Source of the DNA: Octopus sinensis
Taxonomy: Eukaryota
Direction of reading: 5' to 3'
Assembly: GCF_006345805.1 (NCBI RefSeq)
Contig: NC_043000.1
Location: 61,814,001 to 61,878,000 of the forward strand
Length of the DNA: 64,000 bases
Made by a program: the position numbers and the translations under genes. Shown here in pieces: positions 10,500 to 23,805 of the stretch (positions within the stretch are counted from its first letter, which is position 1; every line of letters begins with the position of its first letter). The notes under the pieces were generated by a model. That model did no database searches, was not told the origin of the DNA, and saw only the letters and a program-made list of their open reading frames with translations.

Positions 10500-12950
10500 A
10501 GTCGTTTATAAGACTGTAAGTATTCTCATTACAGTCTTATGCACTAAGAGATACATCTAGCCTCTAAACCATGTCTGCGCATATATTCCAACTTACCAAC
10601 AGTTAGAGAGCTATATATCATGCTGTCACTAGTGTCGTTGTGCTAATCAAATACTTTGCACATAATACTCGTTTGCTTCATTATTTTGTTGTAGCTTTTT
10701 ACGACTGAGAATTGGTGTTAAGCAGTAAAATCAGACATTGCCTTTCACCTTTAGTCTTCGATTTTTGAGTTTTCTCTTCCACCCTGCTCAGTCATACACC
10801 GTTTGAACATGGACTGGCTTTTCACTATATACATTACTTCATTCACAAGATTTGGGACTTCATTTTAATATTATGTCCCTTATTCTAGAATTATTTTATT
10901 GTAGTTTCACTGCACTCCCTAGCACAGTTCCGATTACCTTATTTATGTGTTGTATTTGTATTTCGTCTTGGTTGTAATTTTCTATTTAAAGTACACTATG
11001 CTTGCTGTACTTGGTAGTGCCGTTTTCTCTATGCTCTGCGTATTTTTATATCTTTCCGTTTTTGTTACGTTTCTGTTTGCTACTTTTAATAATCATTCCC
11101 ACGGCAGCTTTTATAAGGATTATTTGTTTCAATCTTCACTTTCTAGTTATATTTCTTTCAGTCTCCACATTTACGTTCTTTCTCTTTCCAACTCATGTTT
11201 GCAGAATGTCTTCATTTCTTTTAGAGATGTATCATTTGTTAGGGTGGACAGATAGTTATTATTACCCATTTTTACGACATTTCAGTATAAATATATGTAT
11301 TGATTTCAGTATTATATTTTAAGTGTTAAGTATTGAGCATTAAGTATTAAGTTATAAGTATTATTCTAATGCGTATATGATATTCCTTCTTAAACCTTCC
11401 TTTCATTTTCTCATTGTATTTTTTCATTGTATTCTGATTACTATTTGTAAATCTGTGTTTCGCCTAATTATTCAATTTCTGTTGTTTCGTTCCTTTTTCA
11501 TTTTGCATGAGACTAGTGCTCATAATTAATCTATGTTCTTTCAAGGTAGTCTTGGCGCATTATTGTAATCCGAATCTCATTTCAAACCAAGTATTGTTTG
11601 TAATATCTATATTCCTTTATGAATCGCTTCTATACAAAAAATGATTACCTCTTCTCCCATATCATTTATAATGATGCTGGTTAAAATTATTAGCTCCAGC
11701 AGAGAGGAAATTGAGAAAGGGGCCACCTTGAAATACGCTTCGCTTAATAGAGAAGTGGCTCCTTTCAATAATTCGTTATTTTCTCTGTATCTGTAGAATC
11801 ATTTGTTATTTATTCGTGTTGTGTTTAATGTATTTGGTTATCATTGATACTTCTTTACTCATATGCAATATTTCTTGGATTGGAACTTTAGGGGGAACAT
11901 TATCAAACAACTTGTAGTTAATTATGTCAAACTCAGATCCTTTTTTTCATTTTACAGCTTGGAAGCTTTATTCTTCAGTAATTGATCTTTACTTCTTTGT
12001 GAACAATTGTCATAACCTTTGTGCTTTACTGGGAAAAGATCCCATGGTCTAGTTATTTGCTTATCCTCTGTAGTATTATTGCTGTCAAGTCTTCGAAGAC
12101 TGCAAGAAACCACATTATGGAACTGTCATTTCTATGACTTGCTGTTTGTTTAGACATGGATATTAAGATATTTTTCCTCCTTTAGTAAACCAGTCATGTC
12201 TTGACCCCTTCACCATCAGTATCTTATGAAACAACGCTGATTGCTCCCTATGTGTAACTGTTAATATTTTGAACAGGTGTTTGCGATTTATTATTTTCTT
12301 GCGCATTCATTCTTTTTTCTTTCGCAATACGGCTCTGATAATTCTGTTGTTATGGCCATCTGCCAGTGTTCAATTGATGTGTTCCTTGGTACGAGCGATC
12401 TCATCCATAGTGAATCATTTACTATTCATATTCCTCCGCAGAAATTTTCTCTTACTTTCGCTGTTGGCACTACATAAATTTCTATTTTATTTTAACTAAT
12501 TCTTCATAGAATTCTTTTCATGTTGGAGCAGAGCTGTTCGGTTTGCTCAAAGAGTTGCTGCCGCTTTTTGTATTGCCGCATTCTTTGTAATTTAGCCAGG
12601 ATCTTTGATTTTTGTGCTCTTTGATTCTTCGTACTTTTGTTCTTTCTTTCGCGTGCGTCATTTAAGCTTCCTGTGTGTATCTTCCTTTTAACTGTTCTAT
12701 TTCGATTCTTGATATTTTGTTGGCTATTTTCTCTCAAAATGTTATCGGTGACTATTGTCAAAGTTTTGCTATTAGTTAGAATATGACTGTATAATATGCA
12801 TGTAGAATAGAAACAAGTCCCTCTATTGTCCATTTGTATATTTTCGGCTTTATTTGAGACATTAGGGGGATAATCCGGTCTTTTATTAGTTTTCGCCGAG
12901 TACCGGCTCATTTGTTTTCCACGGGGGTGATTTTTGTACATTATATGCAT
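10500..12950 (-). mobile_element. Decayed R4/Dong-like non-LTR retrotransposon (pre-RT region, RT, knuckle region)
   Basis: Minus-strand pieces: KSKILAKLQRMRQYKKRQQLF (ORF 12504-12950); KHKGYDNCSQRSKDQLLKNKA; NYKLFDNVP (~DYKKAFDSVP); IKRSVFQGGP (~RGIFQGD); NHFLYRSD (~NHLLYMDD); EYMRRHG (~EYKRRHD), in the expected order. Confidence 0.8.
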
Positions 12951-12964
12951 CTAGTAAGTTTACA

Positions 12965-13095
12965 TTCCACTGAGGGTGACTTTGCCTGAGGGTGACTCTG
13001 GCCGATGAAATAAGTACAAGTCGAGCACTGGGGTCACTGTAATAGACAATTCCCCTTCTCCCAGATTTCAGGCCTTGTGCCTATGGTAGAAATCT
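12965..13095 (+). mobile_element. SINE family B 3' fragment
   Basis: gactttgcc...gatgaaataagtacaagtcgagcactggggtc...tttcaggccttgtgcctatggtagaaa. Confidence 0.75.
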
Positions 13096-14584
13096 CTATA
13101 TGCATGAAGATCTACATATGTATGTTATTTTTAAACTGACGGAGAACGATATGCTTTTATTCGTACTGTTTTCCCTTATTATTGTGGGTAAGGAATCAGA
13201 GTGTTGTTGTATGACTTGTTTTCTGTAAATTTCTTTACAGGTCGTAACCGATTTGCGAACATTTGCAATGGATTTATTATACGAATTAAAGATAACGTAT
13301 TATTTCTCGATTATTAATTACAGTTATATTGTTCTCCTTCCCCATTCTTTTCGATTTGATTCCTTGCTATTTGATAAATGTAAATGGAAATTTTTTGGTT
13401 GAGTCAAGGATCTCTCTCGCTTTCTTTCTTTCATTCTTTCTTTCTCTCTCTTTCTCTTCTTCCCTCTCTCTCTCTCGCGTTTTACTTCCTAGACCTAATT
13501 CTTGACATAGATTTTCTCTGACCAGTCTGGAGCATTTGTTTGTTTATGTCTTGTGAAAAAGAGTAGAGCTACTGGTCAGATGGTTTGTTTGCGACCAATA
13601 CTCAATGAGTTCAGCATTTCATGGTCAATGATGTGCGTATGCAGACGTTTGTAGAGAATGAGGAAGTTGCGTCACCATTCTCCTCCTCTTCCTCTCCTCC
13701 TCCTCTTTAAGTTGCTCATTATCAAACATATCACACGCATTGTTGTTGCTTATTTCTTGGTCGGGTCTAATCGAGTAGATATATGATTAAACGATATCCA
13801 GCCGTGACCACTTCTTAAACACCATATAATTCCGCATTTACAATGTTCATAACTAAGTGTTATTTAAAGGAGCTTTAGCTGTTATTTCTAGCCTTTCAAG
13901 CTATCACGCAAGGAATCAACTATTGGCTCGTAAAATTTGAATAAATGAAGCACATTTTAAAATTATATAAATATTCGCATGAATTTTACATCAACAAAGG
14001 GCTATTTTTGGCAAATTCATTTCAATACATATTTACTTCACACATACATGGGCACACATACGCACTTATTTATCTAAAGATATGAATGATCGATATTTCT
14101 GAGTGTGGAAGAAGTATTGATATTCAATGCCATTTTTCAGGAACATTTCTTATATAAGAGAGCCAAACGGGAATCAAAAGCGCATCAGGGGCTCTTTTAA
14201 TAAAAACTTAAATCACGTCATATCTCCCAAAACATAAGTTTATACATAGATGGCATGAATGTAAATTTGCAAATATTTATAACAGCAATCAATGTGACAT
14301 TAATTTTACTTCAAATCTAAATTTTTGAATAACCTGTTTTGTTCATATCATTATTCAAACTTGAATATCTTGAATAATAAAATCAGAATTTTTGTGCAAC
14401 AATATCTTCTTTACCTCGAATTAGTAAATTAATTAGCTCAGGGTCAGATTACTTAATTATTAAAATGTGCTATTTATTACTCTTAAGGCATTCGTGAATA
14501 CACATCAAGTATCTGGAGATTAAGCACATTCTAGAGTAATGAAACACATCTGCGTCAAAATAATAACACTTCTATTATTGGTTC

Positions 14585-14790
14585 CACAGAGTGGCAAGCT
14601 AGCTGAACAATTAGTACGCCGGATGAAATACTTCCTGACATTTCGTCCATCATTACGTTTTGAGCTCAAAATCCGCCCAGACCGACTTTGCCTTTTATCC
14701 ATTCGGACTCGATAGAATAAGTAACAATCAAGTACAGGCGTCACTGTAATCAACTCACCCCGCCCCTCAAAAACTGCTGGCTTTATCACA
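14585..14790 (+). mobile_element. SINE family B copy
   Basis: gtggcaagctagctgaacaattagtacgccggatgaaatac...gagctcaaaatccgcccagaccgactttgccttttatccattcgg. Confidence 0.8.
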
Positions 14791-15664
14791 AAATTTGAAA
14801 CCATTATCGGCCCACGTGTAATTGTTTTTCTTTTCTTCTTTAAATATTATTTTAACTTTTCTTCTTTAAATATTATTTTAACTAAAGATTAAAAGATAAA
14901 TTTTATTGTGGACATTTGTATATTTAAATAACTGGGACTAACATGGGATCATAAGAGAAAATATTAACCTAAACATTCTGCTGCATTGGTATATCTCATA
15001 CCGTTGGTATCATGTTTCATGACAGCCAATAAATTAAACTAGCTTCTCTCTATGCAGAAAATAAAGCACCATAAAGCATATCTTCTCATACGGCACTACC
15101 GACACAAAGATTACCAAGCATGTCATGACAGAAGCACATATATAACATCAATGATTGTGTCTTTACAGGGGTAGTTACTGCTCAGGCTTAGATAACCACG
15201 CATAATTTGAAAAACACCAACTATATATTAACTTACTAAACACTCAATAGAAAGTCTAGAAATTAAGCACTATTGCATCAATCTGACATATAACTCAGCT
15301 TTAACTATATTAACTTTAATTTTATTATATTCTTTCCGTACAGTGTTATGAGTACCGTTTAGCCTGCTATACTATGTGACCTGTAGGTTAAAATTCATGT
15401 CTCAGGATTATAAAGTCAAGGGTTCAATTTTTGAACTGGAGTGATGCATTATTTCTTTCAGCATGTCCCATCATTTCATCAAGTTGTTTATGTAGGTTCG
15501 CTACTATATTAACGCCTAATTCAATCAATGAAGGCATGATACATGTTATCAAACTATACTCGCTCGCAAGTGACGGCTGGTTGTACTTACGATATAAAAA
15601 TAAAAACTTAAACTCACGATGTGGAGAAGCAAAAATAAATACTCTATGGCATTTACTTCCACAT

Positions 15665-15905
15665 ACCACTATTACAAACAGCTGGAAGGTGGCCAATCGT
15701 TAGCACAATCGTTGGCGCATCGGACAAAATGTTTAGTGACATTTTGTTTGTTTTTGCTTTCTGAGTTCAAACTGTACCAAGGTTGATTTTCCTATTCGTC
15801 CTTTCAGATAAATTAAAACAAATACCAGTCATGCACTGTGTGGATGCGATTGAGTAGCCTCCACTCCAGAACTTCAGGCCTTGTGCCAATAATAGAAAGG
15901 ACTAT
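15665..15905 (+). mobile_element. SINE family B copy
   Basis: aatcgttagcac...ctgagttcaaact...aaggttgattttcctattcgtcctttc...ttcaggccttgtgccaataatagaaagg. Confidence 0.8.
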
Positions 15906-16856
15906 TACCGACAACTTATCCTTAGCAATATGTACAGAAGTATCTTCAAATATTTTAATTCAAGTAAAATAACATCTGGTTATAATCAAATTCACATCTT
16001 TGAGAAATTTTCAGTAAAAAAATAAGTTTAATTTCTTCATCTTTTTATACTGCTTGCTTCTTCATCAACATAGTTTTCCGATGAATATATTCATTCTCTT
16101 GTAATCTCAGCACTTAAACATCAAAACAACAGTTTCGAATTAATATGCAAGTCTTTTCATTTTCCATCTATTTTCATCTTTTGCCACTTTGCTCAGGAAT
16201 AGAAGTCAATAAAAACGATAGGAGAGAAACTGATAGCTCCAGTTGATAGGTCAACAGTTGAAACGTTCACCACCGACTACAGACAAATTTCACAGTATCT
16301 ATTTAATAGTTCTTTGGAAACATTATGCTATTGAGCAATTATAAATGTACTAAAGACTTGATGTTCCAATGCTACTCTAATTAAAAAAAAAAACCAAGCA
16401 TCATATAAAGTTACAAAATATTCCATCCTTATATATGTTCCCATAGTCAGTCAGTCACGCTGTGCAAGAAAAGCAACTGCAATCAATGTAGTCTGGCTAT
16501 AGATGAAAACTCAAAGCTTCATTTGTCGGACATTTACAGCAGAAAGCAAACCACAGATTTAATCAATAAAATCAATTGTGTAGTGTTATATGTAATAATG
16601 TTGCACCTGAAACGAAATGGCCATCTGTTTGTCCCATCTCTGGGGAGTATCATATGAAATTACTTTTCGTATGTATATGGATTCTTATCAGATCATCTAC
16701 TGAAATGGTTTTTTAATAACATATTGGTAAAATAATACCACTTCTAAACAACTTACACAAAAAAAAAGAGATGTGATAAGTTATCAAGTCTGGAGATAAA
16801 ATACCCACATTCAAAGTTCGCTGAAGCTTAAAGAAAAATCATGTAGTAGACGCAGT

Positions 16857-16857
16857 A

Positions 16858-16888
<31 letters not shown>

Positions 16889-16893
16889 TAATA

Positions 16894-16956
<63 letters not shown>

Positions 16957-17006
16957 TAATAATAATAATTATATATATATATATATACATATGTATATAT
17001 TTGAAA

Positions 17007-17043
<37 letters not shown>

Positions 17044-17215
17044 AAAATGTCATTGACATGGCGATAAGAGTGGCGGGTTCTCTGTTACCGATGATGATAA
17101 TGACGATGATGATAACAAAGGTAATGTTAATGAAAATGATGATGATAATAATAATAATCAAGTTCGTGATGCCGTTAATGAGGTTCGGATGATGACGTTG
17201 TTGTTCCTGATGACA
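16857..17215. repeat. (AAT)n/(TA)n/(GAT)n compound low-complexity block
   Basis: Directly visible. Confidence 0.9.
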
Positions 17216-18062
17216 ATGACGATGACGACAACGACAAACGACGATTATGATGGATAGAACATATAAATTTGTTTAGTGGTAACGTGTTGTCGAAGACAAG
17301 TGATGATTCTAGGTATAAAGACTATGATTTGGCGATAATTAGCATTTGAAACAGCTAGCAGAGCATAGCTCCTGGCGATGTTAATTACCAATTTGTTAGG
17401 AAGTGGTGTTTGAGTGAAGCAAGTGTCATTGGCTGTGCGCCCAACCAAGGTAGAGCACAACCGTCCCAAACATCAATCAACTACTAACTTAACATTCACA
17501 CGATCACGTAAACCAAGAAACACGCACGTGCACACGCGCGCGCATACACACACACACACACACACACAAACACATACATACACACACGCACTCACGCACG
17601 CAAATACACGCACACAAACACACTCACACATGCACATAAACGCGCAAACACGTTGACATAATCTTTAATGTTGAGAAATGTGTATATTTAGAATTCAGCA
17701 TATAATACCAGACGGAAATTTTGCGCAACTATCACACCCACAAAATATGATGGATAAAATATGTAAATATTTAGTTCATGCCTTATCAAATGTCAATCAC
17801 GTGAATAAGGAAGCTGTAAATTATTTGAGGCGTTGTCATGTGAACAGGTGAGGTTTTTTTATATAAAAAAATCTTATCCGTATAAATTTACTATTTCTAG
17901 ATCTCTATATTTACAATTATATTCGTAAACCAAAGTTATACACATACAAGTGTAAATATATAGGTGTGTGCTGTTGCGTGCGTTCTTATATGCAACACAC
18001 ATACACATAGATACACAGATGCATACATACAAACATACATACATATATACAAGCATTCATAC

Positions 18063-18096
<34 letters not shown>

Positions 18097-18121
18097 TGTT
18101 TGTGTGTGAAATTACATATAT

Positions 18122-18335
18122 GTGAAGGTGTGTGGCATATGGTTACGTTGTTGCACTCACGATCGCAAGGACGTAGTTTCGATTCCCGGACCAAGAGGTG
18201 TGTTGTGTTCTTGAGCAAAACACTTCATTTCACTTTACTCTTTGATCACTTCGACTTCTGACTTGGCACACTCTGCACCTGTTCAGGCAATATCGATTTG
18301 ACGGGGGCAGTGAGTCAATGTACAACTCAAACAAT
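18122..18335 (+). mobile_element. tRNA-derived SINE family C copy (diverged)
   Basis: gtgaaggtgtgtggcatatggtt...gtttcgattcccggacc...gttgtgttcttgagcaaaacacttcatttcac aligns with 44750-45075. Confidence 0.75.
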
Positions 18336-18572
18336 TGTTCAGCAGAGACCTGCAGTACCCACATCCACCTAGTACAACAGAACAGTCCAATTCGTGCATA
18401 AATATTTGCATTTACGCACACGTATATGCTTGATACATTAATGCACATATAGAAATATATATGGATTTGTGTGGTGGGTACATCCACGTGCGTGTATGCA
18501 CGTTTACGCGTGTATGAATTCATTAATAGTGCTAAAAATCTTTTTTTTTCTATATCCTTTAAATAACCCTAC

Positions 18573-19659
18573 GAAACAACATCACTGTGGATGACATAAT
18601 TAAAGATCACAACACAGGGAATTCCTAATCTGACTGGTAAAGTTGAGATATAATCTGAAAAAGATTCACCTATCTTCTGTTAACGGGGATATTTGTAGCG
18701 TAGAGTTGTATTTTAGTTTTCACTAATTCCGATAAAGCTAACTTTGCTTAATTTGTTCTGCAAAACATGCGCTGAAATCGTGAGTTAATTTATCAAGCGT
18801 TGACTGCAGAGGGTTTCGGGAATAATTTGATGTGTAACATACATCTTGTTAATAGATATATAACTTAACCATACTCTAAGAAGTAAAGAAAACAGTCAAA
18901 CTGAGGCAGCAAAACAGTTTCCGTCTGAGTACATTCGGTTGTTGTAAAACCGTCTTCAGTTAGAGATTGTCCACCATTTATTGACAGTATAATTAACAAC
19001 ATATAGCTAAAGAGTATATAACCTGAGTTAGAGCTGAATTGGTTTAATTTGCAGATGGCAAGTTGATTAATTAAGAGTGTATGCACGACATAACAGCTTT
19101 TTCTTGTGATAATTTAGGTATGTATACCTTATATTTAAATTATACAAAAAATGCCGCTATATATCAGTATATGTACATGTACAAGTGTGTTCATAGACAT
19201 ACCCACACACACTCGCACCCAGTCATATATATATGTGTGCACATATATTATCTATACGTGTATATGTATGTATATATGCATTTGTGTGTGTGTGTGTCTA
19301 TAAGCCTATGGACTCTTAAGGCCTGGATTCCCAAAACTTGAATCTCCAGATTAAGGATTAACTTTGCCATAATTAAACTTCTCATTAGGGACATTAACAC
19401 AATGTCATTGTATGTCACAATACACTGAACAAATTCGCTATAACCCAAAATCCAAAATAACTGTCATAATTCTAAATCTACGAGAATGAAGGACAACTTA
19501 CAACAACGAGATCATTAGACGTTAAAGATTCACTGGCAACAAATGTATCACAGCTGTATTCCCATCATCAGCTTTGCAACGGATATCATTTTGGTCTCGA
19601 CACCCGGACACTACCACTTAATTTAGCGGTGTCAGTACCGTTGAAAACGTAAACGCTAC
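18573..19659 (-). other. Candidate three-exon spliced segment (19659-19502, 19006-18870, 18654-18573)
   Basis: AG/GT-bounded segments with compatible phases give MISLFYMLLIILSINGGQSLTEDGFTTTECTQTETVLLPQFDCFLYFLEYDYISTLPVRLGIPCVVIFNYVIHSDVVS; first acceptor (ttatttctcag) and donor (gtaagt) are strong; no homology recognised. Confidence 0.2.
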
Positions 19660-20599
19660 CTGAGAAATAACAGACAAGTAGTACGTGTACAGATTCAGAT
19701 ACACATATACTATTTATGTGCGCGCACGCGTGTATATGCGTGTGCATATATGAGTGTGTACATGTGTGTGTGTACTTGTGTGTGTGTGTGTGTGTTGTGT
19801 GTGTGTGTGTGTGTGTGGTGTGTGTGTGCATGTGCGTGTAGTGAGTTTATGCCTGTGTGGGAGTTTATGTACTGAAATACATTGAGTTCGTGATATTCGA
19901 GACCTAGAAAACTGACATTAATTATAGATAAGCATATATTAATTAATGTATCTTTAAACTGTATTTTCATATTTTATTTGAGCTAACGCAATTACGTAGT
20001 GAACGCAAACAACAACAACAACAAAAACAAAACACATTGGAATCATTCATGATTATGTCCGTAATGAAGAGAAACCTCATTAGCGATTATGATAATTCTT
20101 ATCGAGAAAGGCAAAGAAGACATCACAGAAATTCAAATCGATTTAAAATTAAATGTGGAAAAGAAACTCTTCTTTGGTAAGTACGGAACAACATCGGCCA
20201 TAATTCAGTTTTATTAGGTTTAAGCATAGTCTTAATTGTGCTTTTGACAGCTTAGAACGACCAAGAGACTATAAGGAAATTTCAGTTAGAAACATGCACT
20301 TATTAGGCTATTTAAAATAATGATCGCAGACAATTTCTTAGTTGAGAAGTCTGCAAGAAGAGTACTTGATTTAAGTTTGTGTACGATATGAGCTGCACTA
20401 GATAGTAAAAATAGTCGCTGACTGAAACTGCAATCGTTATAATAATAACCATGAGCCTTAATAATATTTCTTGTGAAGAAACGAAAGGGAGACCACTTGT
20501 CTCCAAATGATACAGAGAAATACACATGCACATAATCATGTATCTATTTATCTATCTATCTAGCTAGCTAGCTGTCTATGCACGTGTGTGTCTGGGCGC

Positions 20600-20643
<44 letters not shown>

Positions 20644-21044
20644 GTGATGTTCCTGTGTGGGTCTGGGAAGACCATACTTCAAAAAGAGCGTTCATGTTAT
20701 AATTAGCAAGATGTTCTACTGAGAGCTCAGCAGTTTCAAACACCCTGGGGATAGATCTATCGATGAAGTGGTCCTATGAAACGGATGGGCTCTCCGCGGG
20801 GACTCTTAATAATTTATCTTTTCTTATTTACTTGCTTAAGTCAATAGGCTGCGGCCAAGCTTAGGCACAACCTTGACTACTTTTCACAAGTTACTCAATC
20901 TATCGGCTCGTTTTTGCTCAACCGTTAAGTTACAGGGACCTAAACAAACCGAAAATGGTTGTCCAACAGCCGAAGACAACGGATATAAACCCACGCACAC
21001 ACACACACACGCACACACACACACACACACACACAAATATCCGG

Positions 21045-21209
21045 GTGCAAATGTGGCTGAGTGATAAGAAGCTTGCTTCCCAACCACATGGTTCCAGGTT
21101 CAGTCCCACAACATGGGACCTTCAACCTTTATCTATAGTCACGGTCCGGCCAAAGCCTTGTGAGGTGAGTGGATTTGGTAGATGGAAACTGAAAGAATCC
21201 CCTTGCATG

Positions 21210-21268
<59 letters not shown>

Positions 21269-21526
21269 ATGTGTATGTGCGTGTATGTGTGTATGTGTAT
21301 GTGCGTGTATGTCTTTGTGTGCTTTTTTATGTGTGTGTCTCGCCACCATCAAGTGACAACGGGTGTTAGTGTGTTTATGTCCTCGTAACTATGGGTTCAG
21401 CAAAAGGAATTTCTAGCAAAAATACCAGGATTAAAAAGGTATAGCGAGGGCGATTCATTCGACTAAAAATTCTTCAGGGCGGTGCCCCAGTATGGCCACA
21501 GTCTAATGACTGAAACAAGTAAAAGA
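21045..21526 (+). mobile_element. tRNA-derived SINE family A copy
   Basis: gtggctgagtgataagaagcttgcttcccaaccacatggttccaggttcagtccc...ggatttggtagatggaaactgaaagaa-(TA/TG)n-...aatgactgaaacaagtaaaaga. Confidence 0.9.
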
Positions 21527-21589
21527 TATATATACATATACATAAAGATAAATAATGTATACTTGTATATACATGCACACACACATGAA

Positions 21590-21972
21590 TATCGAGGTGG
21601 GGTTAAGTCGATTAAATGGTCACCAGTGCTCAACTGATACCTATTTCATCGACCGCGGTAGCTTTGAAACCCAGAACATAAAGACGGACGAAATTGCCGC
21701 TGAAAATTTTACCTAGCGTATTAACGGTTCTGCCAACTCGGTGCCTTAATATTATTATTCTTTCAATTATAGGCACAAGGCCTGACATTTAGACGAGGAA
21801 GATACTCTATTATATCGACCTTTGTACTCAATTGATACTTATTTTATCGCCTACAAAATGATGAAGAGCAAAGTCGACCTCGGCAGAATTTGAACTCAGT
21901 TCGCAAAGACAGACGAAATGCTGCTAAGCATTTTGATCGTCATGTTAACGATTCTGCCAGGTCGCTGCCTTA
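21590..21972 (-). mobile_element. Two adjacent SINE family B copies (21590-21750, 21765-21972)
   Basis: Both show taagtcga...ccagtgctcaactgatac..atttcatcgac...gacgaaat..gct...ttaacg.ttctgcca.ctcg..gccttaat. Confidence 0.85.
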
Positions 21973-21990
21973 ATAATAATGATGATGATG

Positions 21991-22063
<73 letters not shown>
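21973..22063. repeat. (AAT)n microsatellite
   Basis: Directly visible. Confidence 0.95.
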
Positions 22064-22064
<1 letters not shown>

Positions 22065-22350
22065 TCGATAGATATGACAGGTTAGCTTGGGGGGTTAAGC
22101 AGTTGTGGCCGATGAAAAAGGTGGTAGTAGTACCAATAATTGTCGGAGACCTGGGAACAGTGAGTAAAAATCTTGAGAAGTACATGGAACACATAGGTGC
22201 TGCAATAAGTGTGGAGCACTTGCAGAAAACAACACTGCTTGGAACCTCGAATACTCCGGAAGGTCCTCGAAAAATAAGAGGTGTTACCCTAGTTCACTGG
22301 TAGTGAACAGCTGACACCGTAGTACATCTCCAGCATTAGAAGCTGTGCAA
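22064..22350 (+). mobile_element. 5'-truncated R4/Dong-like 3' end (endonuclease C-terminus and 3' UTR)
   Basis: RYDRLAWGLKQLWPMKKVVVVPIIVGDLGTVSKNLEKYMEHIGAAISVEHLQKTTLLGT resembles KY.DLA.E...LW.....VVP.I.GALG...LQK..LLGTA.ILRKVL. Confidence 0.85.
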
Positions 22351-23669
22351 AAAAAAAATAAGAAGAATATCAATAATGTTTCTTATCTTGGTACAAGGCC
22401 AGCAGTTTTAAGTCAGTGATATCGACCCCAGTGCTCAATAATGATTACACCACCCACACACAAGTACACACGCATACATGTTTAACCACAGAGACAGACG
22501 GACATACAGGTGGTGTGTAAATTCGTACATGAGTGTGTAATATTGGTGTGTATCTTATATTTCTCTATACAATTATATCGATGGAATATATTTATATACT
22601 AAAAAATACATTTATTGCCCCTTCCCAATTTCTCTTTGTTGAAATGCAGATTTAAATACTGGATACGTATGCACAAATCCACAGATCAATTAAATCTATG
22701 TCTGTACATGTAAATGCAGATACTATCGTTAAAATATTAAGATTACTGGTACGTGTATGTGTGTGTGTGGTGTGTGTGTGTGTGAGTGGCTCACACATAC
22801 ATGTAACGTTAAAGATGAAATGTAGTAGTTTATTCCTAAAGATAACCAAGCCTCAAGGTTGTCGGCAGTACCAATAATTCGTTATCGTTGGTCTGCTAAA
22901 TTGACTCTTACAGTATTCTCTAAGTCGTTATGCCGGCTGAATGGACAGAAGCATTTTTCTGAATTGAAAACTGAACGCCTGACCTACATAAATACATATG
23001 TATACGAATACATGCACGCAGACATACACGCGCGCACACATACACGGACACACGCACACACACACACACACGTGTGTGTGTGTGTAAGAGAGATAGAGAG
23101 AAAGAGACATTACGATGTTGTAGTTGCATGGAATTCTGTATTGAATGTTATAAGAGCAATTTGATGCTTAACCACACCACATCATCAGGCTAACACATTA
23201 TTGCATTGTGTTACAGAGATCAAATGCATCAAACAATTAAGACGGTACCTACATTTGATCTGTATATCATAATCAGTTATGCTACTAAGTGCAGTAGTAA
23301 CCAAATCACTATCCTGAAACCAGATTGCCTGATAATAATCTATTTGGAGCTCTAAACTAAAAGATAGTACATCTAATTGTACACACACGTGAGGTCAAAC
23401 ATTTTGCAGAAGTCTCACATATGGGTTAGAACGAAATGCTAGGCCCTTGTGCAACTCCTGTTATAATCTTAGCTCTTCTGTGTGTATATGTGCATGTGCA
23501 CTGCATATGTAGACATGTATGTATAAAAGGGAAGGATACACACACATACGTACATACACATATATATGTATGTGTGTATATATATATAAATGTGTGAGTG
23601 TGTGTGTCTGTTTGTGTGTGTGTGCATGAAGCCAACTTCATAAGAATGTGTCAAATCATGTAATATATA

Positions 23670-23805
23670 GTTGGAGCATGTGTGAAAGGAAGAACCAAGA
23701 AGATATGGGATGAAGTGGTGAAGACTAATATCAGTACCTTGAACCTAGAGGAGGATATGACAAGGGACTGGAATGACTGATGATATGCGGTTCTAGAAAA
23801 AACGC
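23670..23805 (+). mobile_element. RTE-type LINE ORF C-terminal fragment
   Basis: CVKGRTKKIWDEVVKTNISTLNLEEDMTRDWND**YAVLEKT resembles RGRPRKTWDEVVK.D...L.L.E.MT.DRD.W..AV.EKT. Confidence 0.7.

Noticed and set aside
13241-13310. Acceptor followed by GRNRFANI (PTP-like NRY motif)
   Set aside because: Downstream residues do not fit a PTP domain and there is no good donor.
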